A stretch of 64,000 bases of DNA from an uncultured delta proteobacterium (GTDB lineage Bacteria > Desulfobacterota > Desulfobacteria > Desulfobacterales > JAFDCJ01): contig CAVYNY010000013.1 of NCBI GenBank assembly GCA_963769935.1, positions 320,001 to 384,000 of the forward strand, written 5' to 3'. Every line of letters starts with the position of its first letter. Within the stretch, counting starts at the first letter, position 1. The position numbers and the translations under genes were made by a program. Shown piece after piece: positions 1 through 8,968 of this stretch. The notes under the pieces are model-generated. The model was not told the origin of the DNA, did no database searches, and was given only the letters and a program-made list of their open reading frames with translations.

Positions 1-2
1 AG

Positions 3-212
3 TATCAACGCCTCGGTATTGCCTCGTTTATGTACAAAATGCTGATCCGGCTGGCCAAAGAGCGTGGAATCAGGGGATTTACGGCGGATGTTTTATTTTC
101 CAACACCGGCATGATGAAGGTTTTCCGCAAAGGCGATCTGGCGGTCGAGGCGCATCTGGAGAGCGGCGTCTATCATCTGGAGATCCCTTTTGACAAGCTG
201 AATAAAGTGTGA
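3..212 (+). CDS. C-terminal part of a GNAT acetyltransferase-domain protein, truncated by the window start
   Basis: Frame is open from base 3 and reads YQRLGIASFMYKMLIRLAKERG...N..MMKVFRKG, which contains GNAT motif A (QRxGxA) and motif B. Confidence 0.75.
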   Translation, partial: YQRLGIASFMYKMLIRLAKERGIRGFTADVLFSNTGMMKVFRKGDLAVEAHLESGVYHLEIPFDKLNKV

Positions 213-300
213 CAGAAATTATGGATATGTTACCGGTTCAGGCTACGCTTAAGTACTACGCACGTTTTGAGCATATCAAGGATGAGCGGCAACGAATCTA

Positions 301-489
301 TACTGGCTTTTCGATCTTGCCGTGGATATCGGCGAAAAGACCAACCTTGCCGATCTAAATATGGAAGTCTGCCAAAGGTTAAAAAATGAACATGATCAAT
401 GGAATGCTAAAATGATGCCACCGCTGTGGGAGCCCCGCGGTAGCATTCCTTTTAAACTCGATGGAGTTAATTTGAAATGGCATTATTAG
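301..489 (+). pseudogene. Orphan C-terminal fragment of a sulfatase-family protein
   Basis: Manual translation YWLFDLAVDIGEKTNLADLNMEVCQRLKNEHDQWNAKMMPPLWEPRG resembles the arylsulfatase C-terminal LFDLxxDxGExxNLA motif; in-frame TGA at 283 and no N-terminal part. Confidence 0.65.
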
Positions 490-541
490 CAACTGCCTGT
501 TTTGATTTAGACACATTATCGGCGATGTGGCAAATAGCTAT

Positions 542-874
542 TTATCTCAATCCGCGAATAAAATCTCCCACTGCTTCAATCCCATTTTCTTCCATTACCC
601 GGATGGTCTGTGAGCCGATGATCTCGGCTCCGGCATCCTCATAGATTCTGCCGATTGCAATCGGATCGCTCTTTGGGCGAATGCGGCCCGCCGAGGGAGA
701 AGCAAACTTGATCTCGGCTATCAGATTGATCTGGTCGGGTGCCGATACGGCCGCCTTGAAATCACGACGCCCCGGCAAGCTATGCTCGCTAAAATCGGGC
801 ATCGCTTTTTTCAGCCGCGCAACTTCCTTTTTCTTCTCTGCGATTATTTCCGCCAATTTCTGGTGCATCGCCAA
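542..874 (-). pseudogene. trpC: trpC::trpA deletion fusion (TrpC N-terminal ~83 aa joined to a TrpA-like C-terminal ~25 aa)
   Basis: LIAEIKFASPSAGRI...YEDAGA is the IGPS N-terminus; it is followed directly by IIGSQTIRVMEENGIEAVGDFIRGLR, resembling the TrpA end; no trpF or trpB in between. Confidence 0.8.
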
Positions 875-942
875 TGTCCCTTGACCGTAGTCGAATCATT
901 AAATTTATATTTTCATTCACATTGGTGCCAATTTGGGATCCA

Positions 943-1047
943 TACTGGATGCTGGATACTCGATACTTGATATTCGGTAATGCACCTAGAATGAAATCCA
1001 GAAACCTCCATCATCCAGCATCCAATATTCAGTATCCAGTATCCAAT
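943..1047. repeat. Inverted arrays of degenerate heptamers (ACTGGAT-like / ATCCAGT-like)
   Basis: actggat gctggat actcgat acttgat on the left arm and atccagc atccaat attcagt atccagt atccaat on the right arm, between trpD and trpC. Confidence 0.75.
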
Positions 1048-1055
1048 AACTACCG

Positions 1056-1823
1056 TCACAGCACCTTCCTGATATAGGGCGTACACTGCTGGGTGAATTC
1101 AATCAGGTTATCAAGTTTTTTTCGCGCTTTCCCGGAATCTATGGCATCCACGGCGATCTCGATGCCGTCGCTGAAATTATCGCACACACCGGAGGCCACA
1201 AAGGCGGCCGACGCATTCAGCAGGACCATGTTGCGCTTGGGGCCCTTTTCGCCGTTCAAAATGCTGCGAATGCCGATTTCCCGGCGCGGTCCGGCGGCGA
1301 ATTTCATGGCACCGTGAAACAGAGGGGCGTAAAGAAACCCGATGCCGATTTCGTTGATGCAATTCTGCACATCGGAAGTGGTAAGGTCCAATTTTACATC
1401 CAGGCTTTCAAGTACGTCGGCGCTGCCGCATAGACTGGAAACGGCCCGGGTGCCGTGCTTGGCCACCTTGATACCGCCGCCGGCCGCCACAAATGCCGTC
1501 GTCGTGGAAACGTTAAAAGTCCGGGTGCCGTCGCCGCCGGTTCCCACAATATCGAAGATGGTCTCCGCTTCGATATTGATTTCGTCCCGGTCGATGTTGA
1601 CCGCATGATTGTTAATATTGATTTTGTTGGCTCGGGCGCGCATGGTCCGGGCCGCGCCGGCAATCTCATCCACGGTTTCGCCCTTAAGCCTCAAGGCCGT
1701 AATGAAGGCCCCGATCTGACCGGCTGTGGCGGTTCCGGTCATAATCTCATCCATGGCGGCTGCCATTTCTTTTTCGGTAAGATTTTCACCTCGGACGACT
1801 TTTGCAATCAGTTGCTTAATCAT
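1056..1823 (-). pseudogene. trpD: Anthranilate phosphoribosyltransferase with a large in-frame internal deletion
   Basis: GTGGDG, FNVST and KHGxRAVSS motifs are present, but REIGIRSI joins directly to [16 protein letters not shown]; the FNLLGPLxNP...GxDE segment is missing; 255 aa versus about 340-360 aa normally. Confidence 0.85.
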
Positions 1824-1849
1824 TTTGCTTCCCTCCTTGTAAGGAAAAA

Positions 1850-1990
1850 TTATGAATAAGAATCGTCTCTCAGTTTCAAATAGGCGGAGACCGGCGTTTC
1901 CGTATCCGCCAGGAACTCCCGGTAGACGGGTATCAGGTTGCCCTGGCGGGCCATTTTCTTAAATTCTGCCAATGAGGGTTTTATTTTCAA
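1850..1990 (-). pseudogene. trpE: Anthranilate synthase component I N-terminal stub (46 aa), probably joined to the 3' end of trpG
   Basis: Manual translation from TTG 1990: [46 protein letters not shown], containing the TrpE DxETPVSAY motif; another frame at the junction reads LIHNFSLQ, like a TrpG end. Confidence 0.8.
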
Positions 1991-2005
1991 TTTTCCGCTC
2001 CCCAA

Positions 2006-2040
2006 GAAAAAGGCCGTGAAACTCAGGGTCCCACGGCCTT
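2006..2040 (-). terminator. Second intrinsic terminator-like hairpin in the trp leader
   Basis: AAGGCCGTGGGAC-CCTGA-GTTTCACGGCCTT followed by a T-run on the minus strand. Confidence 0.7.
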
Positions 2041-2052
2041 AGAAATTGCGAT

Positions 2053-2088
2053 AAAAAAACCGCGGGACCTTTGGAGGTGCCCACGGTT
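2053..2088 (-). terminator. trp attenuator terminator hairpin
   Basis: AACCGTGGGCACCT-CCAA-AGGTCCCGCGG followed by TTTTTTT on the minus strand. Confidence 0.75.
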
Positions 2089-2113
2089 TAAAAGTTTTTT
2101 AAGTCATATGCGT

Positions 2114-2203
2114 CTATCTTGACAGGCTCACCTCCAGGTAGAAGTTGAGCCACCACCAGTTGCATAGACAATTTTTAAAGGTATTTTTGTTTCCGTAATT
2201 CAG
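2114..2203 (-). promoter_or_regulatory. trpL: Putative trp leader peptide with three tandem Trp codons
   Basis: TGG TGG TGG at 2158-2150 lies in a short ORF between the promoter and the terminators; the downstream GGAGGTG is complementary to CACCTCC in the terminator 5' arm (antiterminator); start codon uncertain (CTG at 2203). Confidence 0.65.
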
Positions 2204-2210
2204 GGCCGAC

Positions 2211-2239
2211 ACTTTAGTGACCGTGAAACTCTCTGTCAA
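2211..2239 (-). promoter_or_regulatory. sigma70 promoter of the trp operon
   Basis: TTGACA (2239-2234), 17 nt spacer, TAAAGT (2216-2211). Confidence 0.65.
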
Positions 2240-2509
2240 GGAAAAAATTATCCGGTAAAGCTTATCTGGTAAATCATTTATTATTTTCGCCTGCCCTTGT
2301 TTCCCGGATCCTAATTCATCCGCGCTAAAAAATATTCTACTAAGGGAATTTGCTTTTATTTTTTGACGATTTGCGCTATTGAAAAAATTTTTGAACAAAA
2401 TACCCAGATTTTAAGGATAACATCTCTGGGCAAAAAATAGTTGAGCCATCAACTTTTAATCATCTTGTCAGCCCGTCAACGGGTCAACCACGCCCAATAG
2501 AGGGAGACC

Positions 2510-3259
2510 ATGCGCAACTATCCTGAGAAACTCGAAAAAGTCTATTATTTCGGCACCTGCCTGGCAGATATGTTTTATCCGCAAGCCGGCCTGGCAGGCA
2601 TCAAGCTGATCCAGCGGCAGGGAGTCAAGGTTATTTTTCCGCCCCAACAAACCTGCTGCGGGCAGCCGGCCTACAACTCCGGATTTCCGGCTGAAGCCAG
2701 GGCTGTGGCCCGCAAACAGATCGATCTGTTTTATAAAGACTATCCGATCGTGGTTCCTTCCGGATCCTGCGCGGGTATGATGCGGCACCACTACCCCAAA
2801 TTGTTTGAAAACGATCCCGCCATCGATCAGGTTAAAGATTTTTCAGCCAGAATCTTTGAACTGTCGGAATTTCTGGTCAAGGCGTTGAACATCAAACTGG
2901 AAGACCGCGGCGAACCCATCAAGGTAACCTGGCATTCGTCCTGCCATGCCATGCGCGAAATGAAGGTCACCGAAGATTCCAAGGCATTGATCCGTCAATT
3001 GAAAAATGTGGAACTGGTTGATCTGGAAAACGAATACGAATGCTGCGGTTTCGGAGGGACTTTTGCCGTAAAGCAGCCGCAGCTGTCAGACGTTATGGTC
3101 AATGATAAAGTGGATTATATCCGGCAAACCGGTGCCGCACGGGTTTTATCAGGGGACTGCGGCTGTCTGATGAATATCACCGGCGCCATGAATTACCGGA
3201 ACATACCGATTACCGGTCAGCATCTGGCCGAATTTATATGGGAGAGAATTAATGGCTAA
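2510..3259 (+). CDS. lutA: Lactate utilization protein A (CCG-domain Fe-S protein)
   Basis: QTCCGQPAYNSG, SGSC, HSSCH and ECCGFGGTF motifs; first gene of an overlapping three-gene operon. Confidence 0.9.
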   Translation: MRNYPEKLEKVYYFGTCLADMFYPQAGLAGIKLIQRQGVKVIFPPQQTCCGQPAYNSGFPAEARAVARKQIDLFYKDYPIVVPSGSCAGMMRHHYPKLFENDPAIDQVKDFSARIFELSEFLVKALNIKLEDRGEPIKVTWHSSCHAMREMKVTEDSKALIRQLKNVELVDLENEYECCGFGGTFAVKQPQLSDVMVNDKVDYIRQTGAARVLSGDCGCLMNITGAMNYRNIPITGQHLAEFIWERING

Positions 3260-4682
3260 CCATCAACCGCTTGATTTCGAAAAGAATGTTGCCCAGGCAT
3301 TAAATGACCCGCAGTTAAGGCAAAATTTCAAATTCGCCATGGGTAACTTTATTCTGAAACGCAAAGCTATTTTCCCGGATGAGGCTGAAACCGAACAGCT
3401 AAGAACCCTGGGAAACGCTATCAAACAGCGCGCTCTGAGCAGGCTGCCGGAGCTGCTGCAACAGCTTGAAGAAAAATGCACCCGCAACGGCATCCAGGTC
3501 CATTGGGCCGAAACCACGGCCGAAGCCAACCAGTACGTGCTGGAGATTATGCAGGCCCACCAGGCCACCCTGCTGGTAAAGGGCAAATCCATGGTTTCCG
3601 AAGAAATGCACCTGAATAAGTTTTTGCAAGGCCACGGCATCGAGGCCCTGGAAACCGATCTGGGCGAATTCATCGTTCAGCTGAACAACGAAACGCCGTC
3701 GCACATCATTGTCCCTGCAATTCATAAAAACAAGGATCAAATTGCCCGAATTATGCATGAAAATATTCCGGACACGCCCTACACGGAAGATGTGCAGGAG
3801 CTCAATGCCATCGCCCGCCGGACCTTGCGGCAGAAGTTTTTCAAAGCCGGCGTGGGCTTAAGCGGCGTCAATCTGGCCGTGGCCGAAACCGGGACCCTGT
3901 GCCTGGTCGAAAATGAGGGCAACGGCCGCATGTGCACCACCGTACCTCCGGTGCATATTGCCCTCATGGGCCTGGAAAAGGTCATCGAAAAGCTGGTGGA
4001 AGTGCCCCCCATGCTGCGTCTGCTGATCGGGTCCGCCACCGGCCAGCTGATCACCACCTATGTCAACATGATCACATCACCGCGCAAAGCAGGTGAAAAA
4101 GACGGCCCCCGGGAGGTGCATTTGATCATCCTGGACAACGGCCGTTCGAAAATTTATGCCGACGTCCAGCGGCGCCAGACCCTGCAGTGCATCCGCTGCG
4201 GCACCTGTCTCAACCACTGTCCGGTGTACACCCGCATCGGCGGCCATGCCTACGGCTATATTTATCCCGGTCCTATCGGCAAAATTCTAAACCCCCAGGT
4301 AGAAGGGCTGAAAATCGCCGGAGTGCTGGCCACCGCCTCCAGCCTGTGCAATGCCTGCGAGGAGGTCTGTCCCGTAAAAATCCCCATCCCGGATCTGTTG
4401 CGCCGGATACGCAACGAAATTTATTCCCGTGATTCCAGCGCCACGATAGAAGGACACGGATATAAAAGCAAAGGTGTCGAGCGTCTGATCTGGAAGGCAT
4501 GGGCCGTCATGAACACCCATCCGCAGATCAATGCCGCCGGTCAAAAGGTAATGGGAACGTTAAAGGCGAAACTGCCGAGAATCGGCCCTCTCAAGCAGTG
4601 GAGCCGTCACCGCGCGCCCCTTGAATTAGCCCCCAAAAGTCTGCATGAATTGGTTAAAGAAAACGGAGTCGATGATGAGTGA
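3252..4682 (+). CDS. lutB: Lactate utilization protein B (LUD domain plus 4Fe-4S)
   Basis: KGKSMVSEE, ETDLGEFI, NEGNGR, CIRCGTCLNHCP and SSLCNACEEVCP motifs. Confidence 0.92.
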   Translation: MANHQPLDFEKNVAQALNDPQLRQNFKFAMGNFILKRKAIFPDEAETEQLRTLGNAIKQRALSRLPELLQQLEEKCTRNGIQVHWAETTAEANQYVLEIMQAHQATLLVKGKSMVSEEMHLNKFLQGHGIEALETDLGEFIVQLNNETPSHIIVPAIHKNKDQIARIMHENIPDTPYTEDVQELNAIARRTLRQKFFKAGVGLSGVNLAVAETGTLCLVENEGNGRMCTTVPPVHIALMGLEKVIEKLVEVPPMLRLLIGSATGQLITTYVNMITSPRKAGEKDGPREVHLIILDNGRSKIYADVQRRQTLQCIRCGTCLNHCPVYTRIGGHAYGYIYPGPIGKILNPQVEGLKIAGVLATASSLCNACEEVCPVKIPIPDLLRRIRNEIYSRDSSATIEGHGYKSKGVERLIWKAWAVMNTHPQINAAGQKVMGTLKAKLPRIGPLKQWSRHRAPLELAPKSLHELVKENGVDDE

Positions 4683-5343
4683 GAAAGCACGTGAACGAAT
4701 TTTTGCCAGGCTGTCTGCCGCCAACCGGCAGCCCTTGGAAGACGGACCGCAGGCGGCCGACTTGCCTGTCAAAATTTACAGCCGGCAGGAAAAAATTGAA
4801 AACCTGAAAAGGTTGATGGAGGCCATGCGGACCGAAGTCCACGTCACGGATGCCGCCCATTGGATTGACAAACTCGAAGAAGTATTGAAGATCCGCAACG
4901 TAAAAACGCTGCTTTACGGGCCCCGCAGTGAAATCGGGGCTTCCCTGCAGCAACGCTTCCAGGCGGCCGGCGACGGCCGGCCGGAACTTATTCCCTACGA
5001 CCGGGAAATCGAGCATCTAAAGAAGACGGTTTTCAACGTCGATGCCGGTATCACCTCCACCTACGGCGCCATCGCCGAAATCGGTGCGTTGATTTTGTGG
5101 TCTTCCCCCGATGAACCGCGCCAGATGTCATTGGTCCCGCCCATTCATGTTGCCGTGCTTAAGGCCGACAATATCTATAATACGTTTATGGAAGTCATGC
5201 AGAAAGAAAATTGGGCCGGCGGTATGCCCACCAATGCATTTTTGATATCCGGCCCCTCAAAAACCGCGGACATCGAATTGACCCTGGCCTTCGGCGTGCA
5301 TGGACCCAAGGAGTTGATTGTATTGATTGTGGACGGCGAATAA
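4672..5343 (+). CDS. lutC: Lactate utilization protein C (LUD domain)
   Basis: ISGPSKTADIELTLAFGVHGP signature; overlaps the lutB stop. Confidence 0.9.
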   Translation: MMSEKARERIFARLSAANRQPLEDGPQAADLPVKIYSRQEKIENLKRLMEAMRTEVHVTDAAHWIDKLEEVLKIRNVKTLLYGPRSEIGASLQQRFQAAGDGRPELIPYDREIEHLKKTVFNVDAGITSTYGAIAEIGALILWSSPDEPRQMSLVPPIHVAVLKADNIYNTFMEVMQKENWAGGMPTNAFLISGPSKTADIELTLAFGVHGPKELIVLIVDGE

Positions 5344-5363
5344 GCATAGGGCATGGAGAAGGA

Positions 5364-6065
5364 ATGACCGAAGATTCCATCAATTTGGTACTCATCGCAA
5401 AAGATGAAAAGGACCAGGCATTTTATCAAAGCCATCTCTCCCCCTATGAAGACATCGAGTTGGAAGTTTATCCAAGTGTAATGGAATTCAGGAATCAAAG
5501 CCATGGGAAACTATACTCGGGATTTCTGGTGGATATCCGCACGCTCATCAAATCCGCGGGCGGAGAAAAACTGTTTTTTTCACACCTGTTGCAATATTTT
5601 CCGGTAATGCGGGTAACAAAAAAGCCGGGTTCAGACTCGTTCTCCGGTCTGGTGGAAAGTAGAAATTTAGGCCGTCTAAAGGGCAGTGCCCTGCTGGATG
5701 CTTTCGTAACTGATCTCTGTCGCAAAAACCCCCCGCGCGAAGTCCCTTCCGGGAGACAGCAAGGCATTTTCCGCAGTGTTTACGTTTACTATTCGAATAA
5801 TTTTACGAGGGAAAAACCGGAAAGAGGCGTTATTGAAAGTCTTACCGCCAAAAGCTGCTTTTTGGTGACAAATGATGAGATCGCAAAGGGAGCCGGTATC
5901 TGGCTGGTATTTGCCGACATGAGCGATCAAACGCCCATGTGCTGCGAGGTAAAATGGACGAAACACTGGAGGCCCGGCAGCCTGTATCTCCCGGGGCTGA
6001 GCCTGGCATTTGTTGGAATGACGGATGAGCAGGTTGGAGAGCTCGCTAAGTTGTCTAAAACGTGA
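5364..6065 (+). CDS. Hypothetical protein with a C-terminal PilZ-like domain
   Basis: RBS GGAGAAGG before ATG 5364; C-terminal ...CEVKWTKHW...PGLSLAF resembles PilZ, but the c-di-GMP-binding motifs are degenerate. Confidence 0.55.
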   Translation: MTEDSINLVLIAKDEKDQAFYQSHLSPYEDIELEVYPSVMEFRNQSHGKLYSGFLVDIRTLIKSAGGEKLFFSHLLQYFPVMRVTKKPGSDSFSGLVESRNLGRLKGSALLDAFVTDLCRKNPPREVPSGRQQGIFRSVYVYYSNNFTREKPERGVIESLTAKSCFLVTNDEIAKGAGIWLVFADMSDQTPMCCEVKWTKHWRPGSLYLPGLSLAFVGMTDEQVGELAKLSKT

Positions 6066-6085
6066 CCGGGTTTGAATCGGAAGCG

Positions 6086-7159
6086 TTAAATATCCTGAAA
6101 ATCTTCCGCGATTTTTTCGACTGATTCCATCACATCGACCAGCAAGGCATCCAGCTCTTCCTCCTGGAAACCCAGCGATTCGACGGCATCTTCCTCCATT
6201 TGATACTGCAGATCATCCGGGCCGGTGCCCATGCCGCTCATTTTCGCGAAATAATCTGCCACGTGAAGGAACAGGGCCAATTCGCTGCCGCCCGAACGCG
6301 ATGGACGGTGATGCCATCGGATGGGATGATGAATTGCATCGGGCAGGATCCATTTTTTACATATGTCGGCCGCTATCTCACAGTGGTCGATTCCCAACAG
6401 GTCTTTTTCGGCCTCGAGATAGGTTTGGTCCCCGTCCGCCAGATAGGTATCGAATTCCTCTTTTCTCTGAAGCACATATTCATCCAGGATGATTTTACCC
6501 CCATCATGGATGAGGCCCGCCACAAAGGCGTCATTGGAAAGTTGTGGATTAATCCGATCGGCCAATAACTGGGCGCCAAATCCAACAGCCAGGGAATGCC
6601 GCCACAAATCACCGGAATCCATGCCGTAGCCGGACAGCTCTTGGCCCATTAAACCTGAAACGCCGGCCATGGTAATGACCTCACTCAGGGTTTTCTGGCC
6701 CAACAACACCGCGGCATGCTGGACGGTCGAGATTTTGCCGCTCAAACCATAATAGGCCGAATTGCTGAGCCGCAGCACCTTTGTGACAATGGACTGATCG
6801 TTTTGCAGCAAATTGACCAGGTCGCTGATTCCCGCAGTCTGATCCGCCATGATCTTGCGGGCTTGCAGCACAATTTGCGGCATCGGCGGCAGGTCTTGCA
6901 GCCTCTCCAATACCATTCTCTTCAAGGCCATCCCGCTCGCCGGCTGCTTGGAATCTCTTGATGGCTTAAGCGGCGGGCTCTTGGGCTTAACCTTGCGTGT
7001 TGGCCCTGATGGTTCCCGATCCGGTGTTGAATCCAATTCGATTCTGATCCGGCCTTTCTGGCAGGACGGGCAGGGAAATGCGATTTGCTTGTCATATTTT
7101 TTCAGCCGCTCGCGGGGGATTTCAAAGACTTTGTGGCATTCGGGGCACTTTACTTTCAT
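6086..7159 (-). CDS. Zinc-ribbon plus HDOD domain signalling protein
   Basis: MKVKCPEC...CPSC N-terminus; LPPMP, LRLSNSAYYG, LWRHSL and LIHDGGK HDOD motifs; start moved to ATG 7159. Confidence 0.85.
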   Translation of the reverse strand: MKVKCPECHKVFEIPRERLKKYDKQIAFPCPSCQKGRIRIELDSTPDREPSGPTRKVKPKSPPLKPSRDSKQPASGMALKRMVLERLQDLPPMPQIVLQARKIMADQTAGISDLVNLLQNDQSIVTKVLRLSNSAYYGLSGKISTVQHAAVLLGQKTLSEVITMAGVSGLMGQELSGYGMDSGDLWRHSLAVGFGAQLLADRINPQLSNDAFVAGLIHDGGKIILDEYVLQRKEEFDTYLADGDQTYLEAEKDLLGIDHCEIAADICKKWILPDAIHHPIRWHHRPSRSGGSELALFLHVADYFAKMSGMGTGPDDLQYQMEEDAVESLGFQEEELDALLVDVMESVEKIAEDFQDI

Positions 7160-7506
7160 GGATTTTCCTTTTTGCCGATTTTTAAAAATGCTAAATTCCC
7201 TTTGATATGGGCCGGCTGGGGAATCTTGCAACCCCGAGCCCCGCCCGGGGCTTGAAACCCGGAATCGTTCAACATATATTATATAAAGACTACCCCGACC
7301 TGCAAAAAACATCAAGCAGTTTGTACAACCGTTTGTAATCAGGCGTATTTTTATCATTCAAAGTTTCGATCCGGTTGACAATCTCTGCGGCATCAAGTAG
7401 TAAAGGACCCCTCCCCCCGGGACCCGGCCTTGATTTTGTCCTCGTGGGGTGCCGCTTTTTTTTAAAGATTAAACTGAACACGGAATTTGATTTTTATCGG
7501 GAAAAA

Positions 7507-8391
7507 ATGCTGATGCCTGAACGGGATTGCACGTTTCACGGACCTGAAGGAGATTTTCATTACATTGATTGGGGTGGGACCGGGCCCTCGGCCCATTTTT
7601 CTCATGCAACCGGATTTTGCGCCGGAGCGTACTCGCCGTTGATCAAACTGCTCGGAGCACAGCTTGATATTGTCGGCCTGGATGACCGGGGACACGGAAA
7701 AACCGCGGTTCCGGCAGACCCGGCCGGACTTAAAAACTGGGATGTGTTCGCAAATGATCTGGCAGTTTTTTGCGAGAGCTTAAGCGAGCCGGTGATTGCC
7801 ATAGGGCACTCCCGGGGTGCGACGGTCAGCCTGTTATTGGCAGTCAAAAGACCCGAATTGATCCGGGCCCTGGTGCTGATTGACCCGACCATTCTGCCGT
7901 TTTCATGGATGTGGTGGTGGTATCTGGCTAAAAAAACGGGGAATGCCAAACGGGTACCCATCGCGGCGAGGGCAGCCAGGCGGAGGTACGTCTGGCCGGA
8001 CCGCCGGTCCATTCTGGATTCATATCGGGGCAAAACCGTTTTCCGCAGATGGCAAAAAGGATTTCTGGAGGCCTATATCGAGGCGGGGACCGAAATGACG
8101 GCCGACGGTAAAATCAGGCTTTGCTGTGCCCCGGCCTGGGAATCCCGCTGCTTTGCTGTTTGCCCCCACGACGTATGGCGCTACATCCCCCGCCTGAAGC
8201 AGCCAACCCTTGTCCTTTACGGCGCCAAATCCGATACCTTTCTGGCGCCTGCCGCCAGGCGTTTTGCAGCCAAAGTACCGGCGGCCGTCATGGTGAGCCT
8301 GGAAGAAACCGGTCACTTTGTGCCCATGGAACGCCCCGCTGAGACCGCCGAAACGATCATGACCTTTCTTAAAGAAAAAGCTATTATCTGA
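7507..8391 (+). CDS. Alpha/beta hydrolase
   Basis: HATGF, DDRGHG, nucleophile motif GHSRG and C-terminal GHFVPME. Confidence 0.85.
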   Translation: MLMPERDCTFHGPEGDFHYIDWGGTGPSAHFSHATGFCAGAYSPLIKLLGAQLDIVGLDDRGHGKTAVPADPAGLKNWDVFANDLAVFCESLSEPVIAIGHSRGATVSLLLAVKRPELIRALVLIDPTILPFSWMWWWYLAKKTGNAKRVPIAARAARRRYVWPDRRSILDSYRGKTVFRRWQKGFLEAYIEAGTEMTADGKIRLCCAPAWESRCFAVCPHDVWRYIPRLKQPTLVLYGAKSDTFLAPAARRFAAKVPAAVMVSLEETGHFVPMERPAETAETIMTFLKEKAII

Positions 8392-8400
8392 GTAAAAAAT

Positions 8401-8435
8401 CCTGACCCAGAGGACTATGTTTTCAATGTTAGAAT
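8401..8435 (+). repeat. Small hairpin repeat, family A (CCTGGCCCAGAGGACCAGGTTTTCAATNTTAGAAT), empty copy
   Basis: Similar copies at 52920-52955 and 52788-52806, and an interrupted copy at 28968-29065. Confidence 0.7.
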
Positions 8436-8613
8436 TATTCAATGCCCTCCGGTCTGGGAATAATTCCCAAATATGGAAATTTTCCCAGGCAAAATAAACC
8501 CTTTCCCCTATAGACAATTTCAGCAAAATTAGAGATAATATTAAAGGTCTATTCACGTTATAGGTGGGATTGTCCAATAACCTTTAACCTGAAAAGGGTC
8601 CTTAATACTTGAA

Positions 8614-8943
8614 ATGGACGACCATTCAGATAAAAGAGCTTCCGAACGCCGCATCTGCAACGCCTTGATGTCATTTTCATTTTTCAACCAAACCCACTGC
8701 TATGAAGCAAAGGCACTGAATTGCAGCGCCGGCGGCATGTGTTTTCAGTCCAACCATTTTTTGCAGCCCGGCGCAACCGTTTGCATTCGCGTGAAAGAAT
8801 TCAAGTCCTTAGGCTTGTTGCAAGATTGCGAGGTCGGTTTGCGCTGCATGAGCCTCGCGGAGGTAAAATGGTGCAATGAAGTGTTTGGTGCCGATTCCGC
8901 CACCTATGGTGTCGGCGTCAAATATCAGCCGCCGGACTATTAG
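8614..8943 (+). CDS. Stand-alone PilZ domain protein
   Basis: KRASERR (RxxxR), NCSAGG (D/NxSxGG) and EVKW...GVKY. Confidence 0.85.
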   Translation: MDDHSDKRASERRICNALMSFSFFNQTHCYEAKALNCSAGGMCFQSNHFLQPGATVCIRVKEFKSLGLLQDCEVGLRCMSLAEVKWCNEVFGADSATYGVGVKYQPPDY

Positions 8944-8968
8944 CCGCCGGACAAACGCCGTTAACTTT

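Noticed and set aside
2114..2398. 94-aa ORF as a protein-coding gene
   Set aside because: It runs through the predicted promoter; only its 3' Trp-rich part is meaningful, as a leader peptide.
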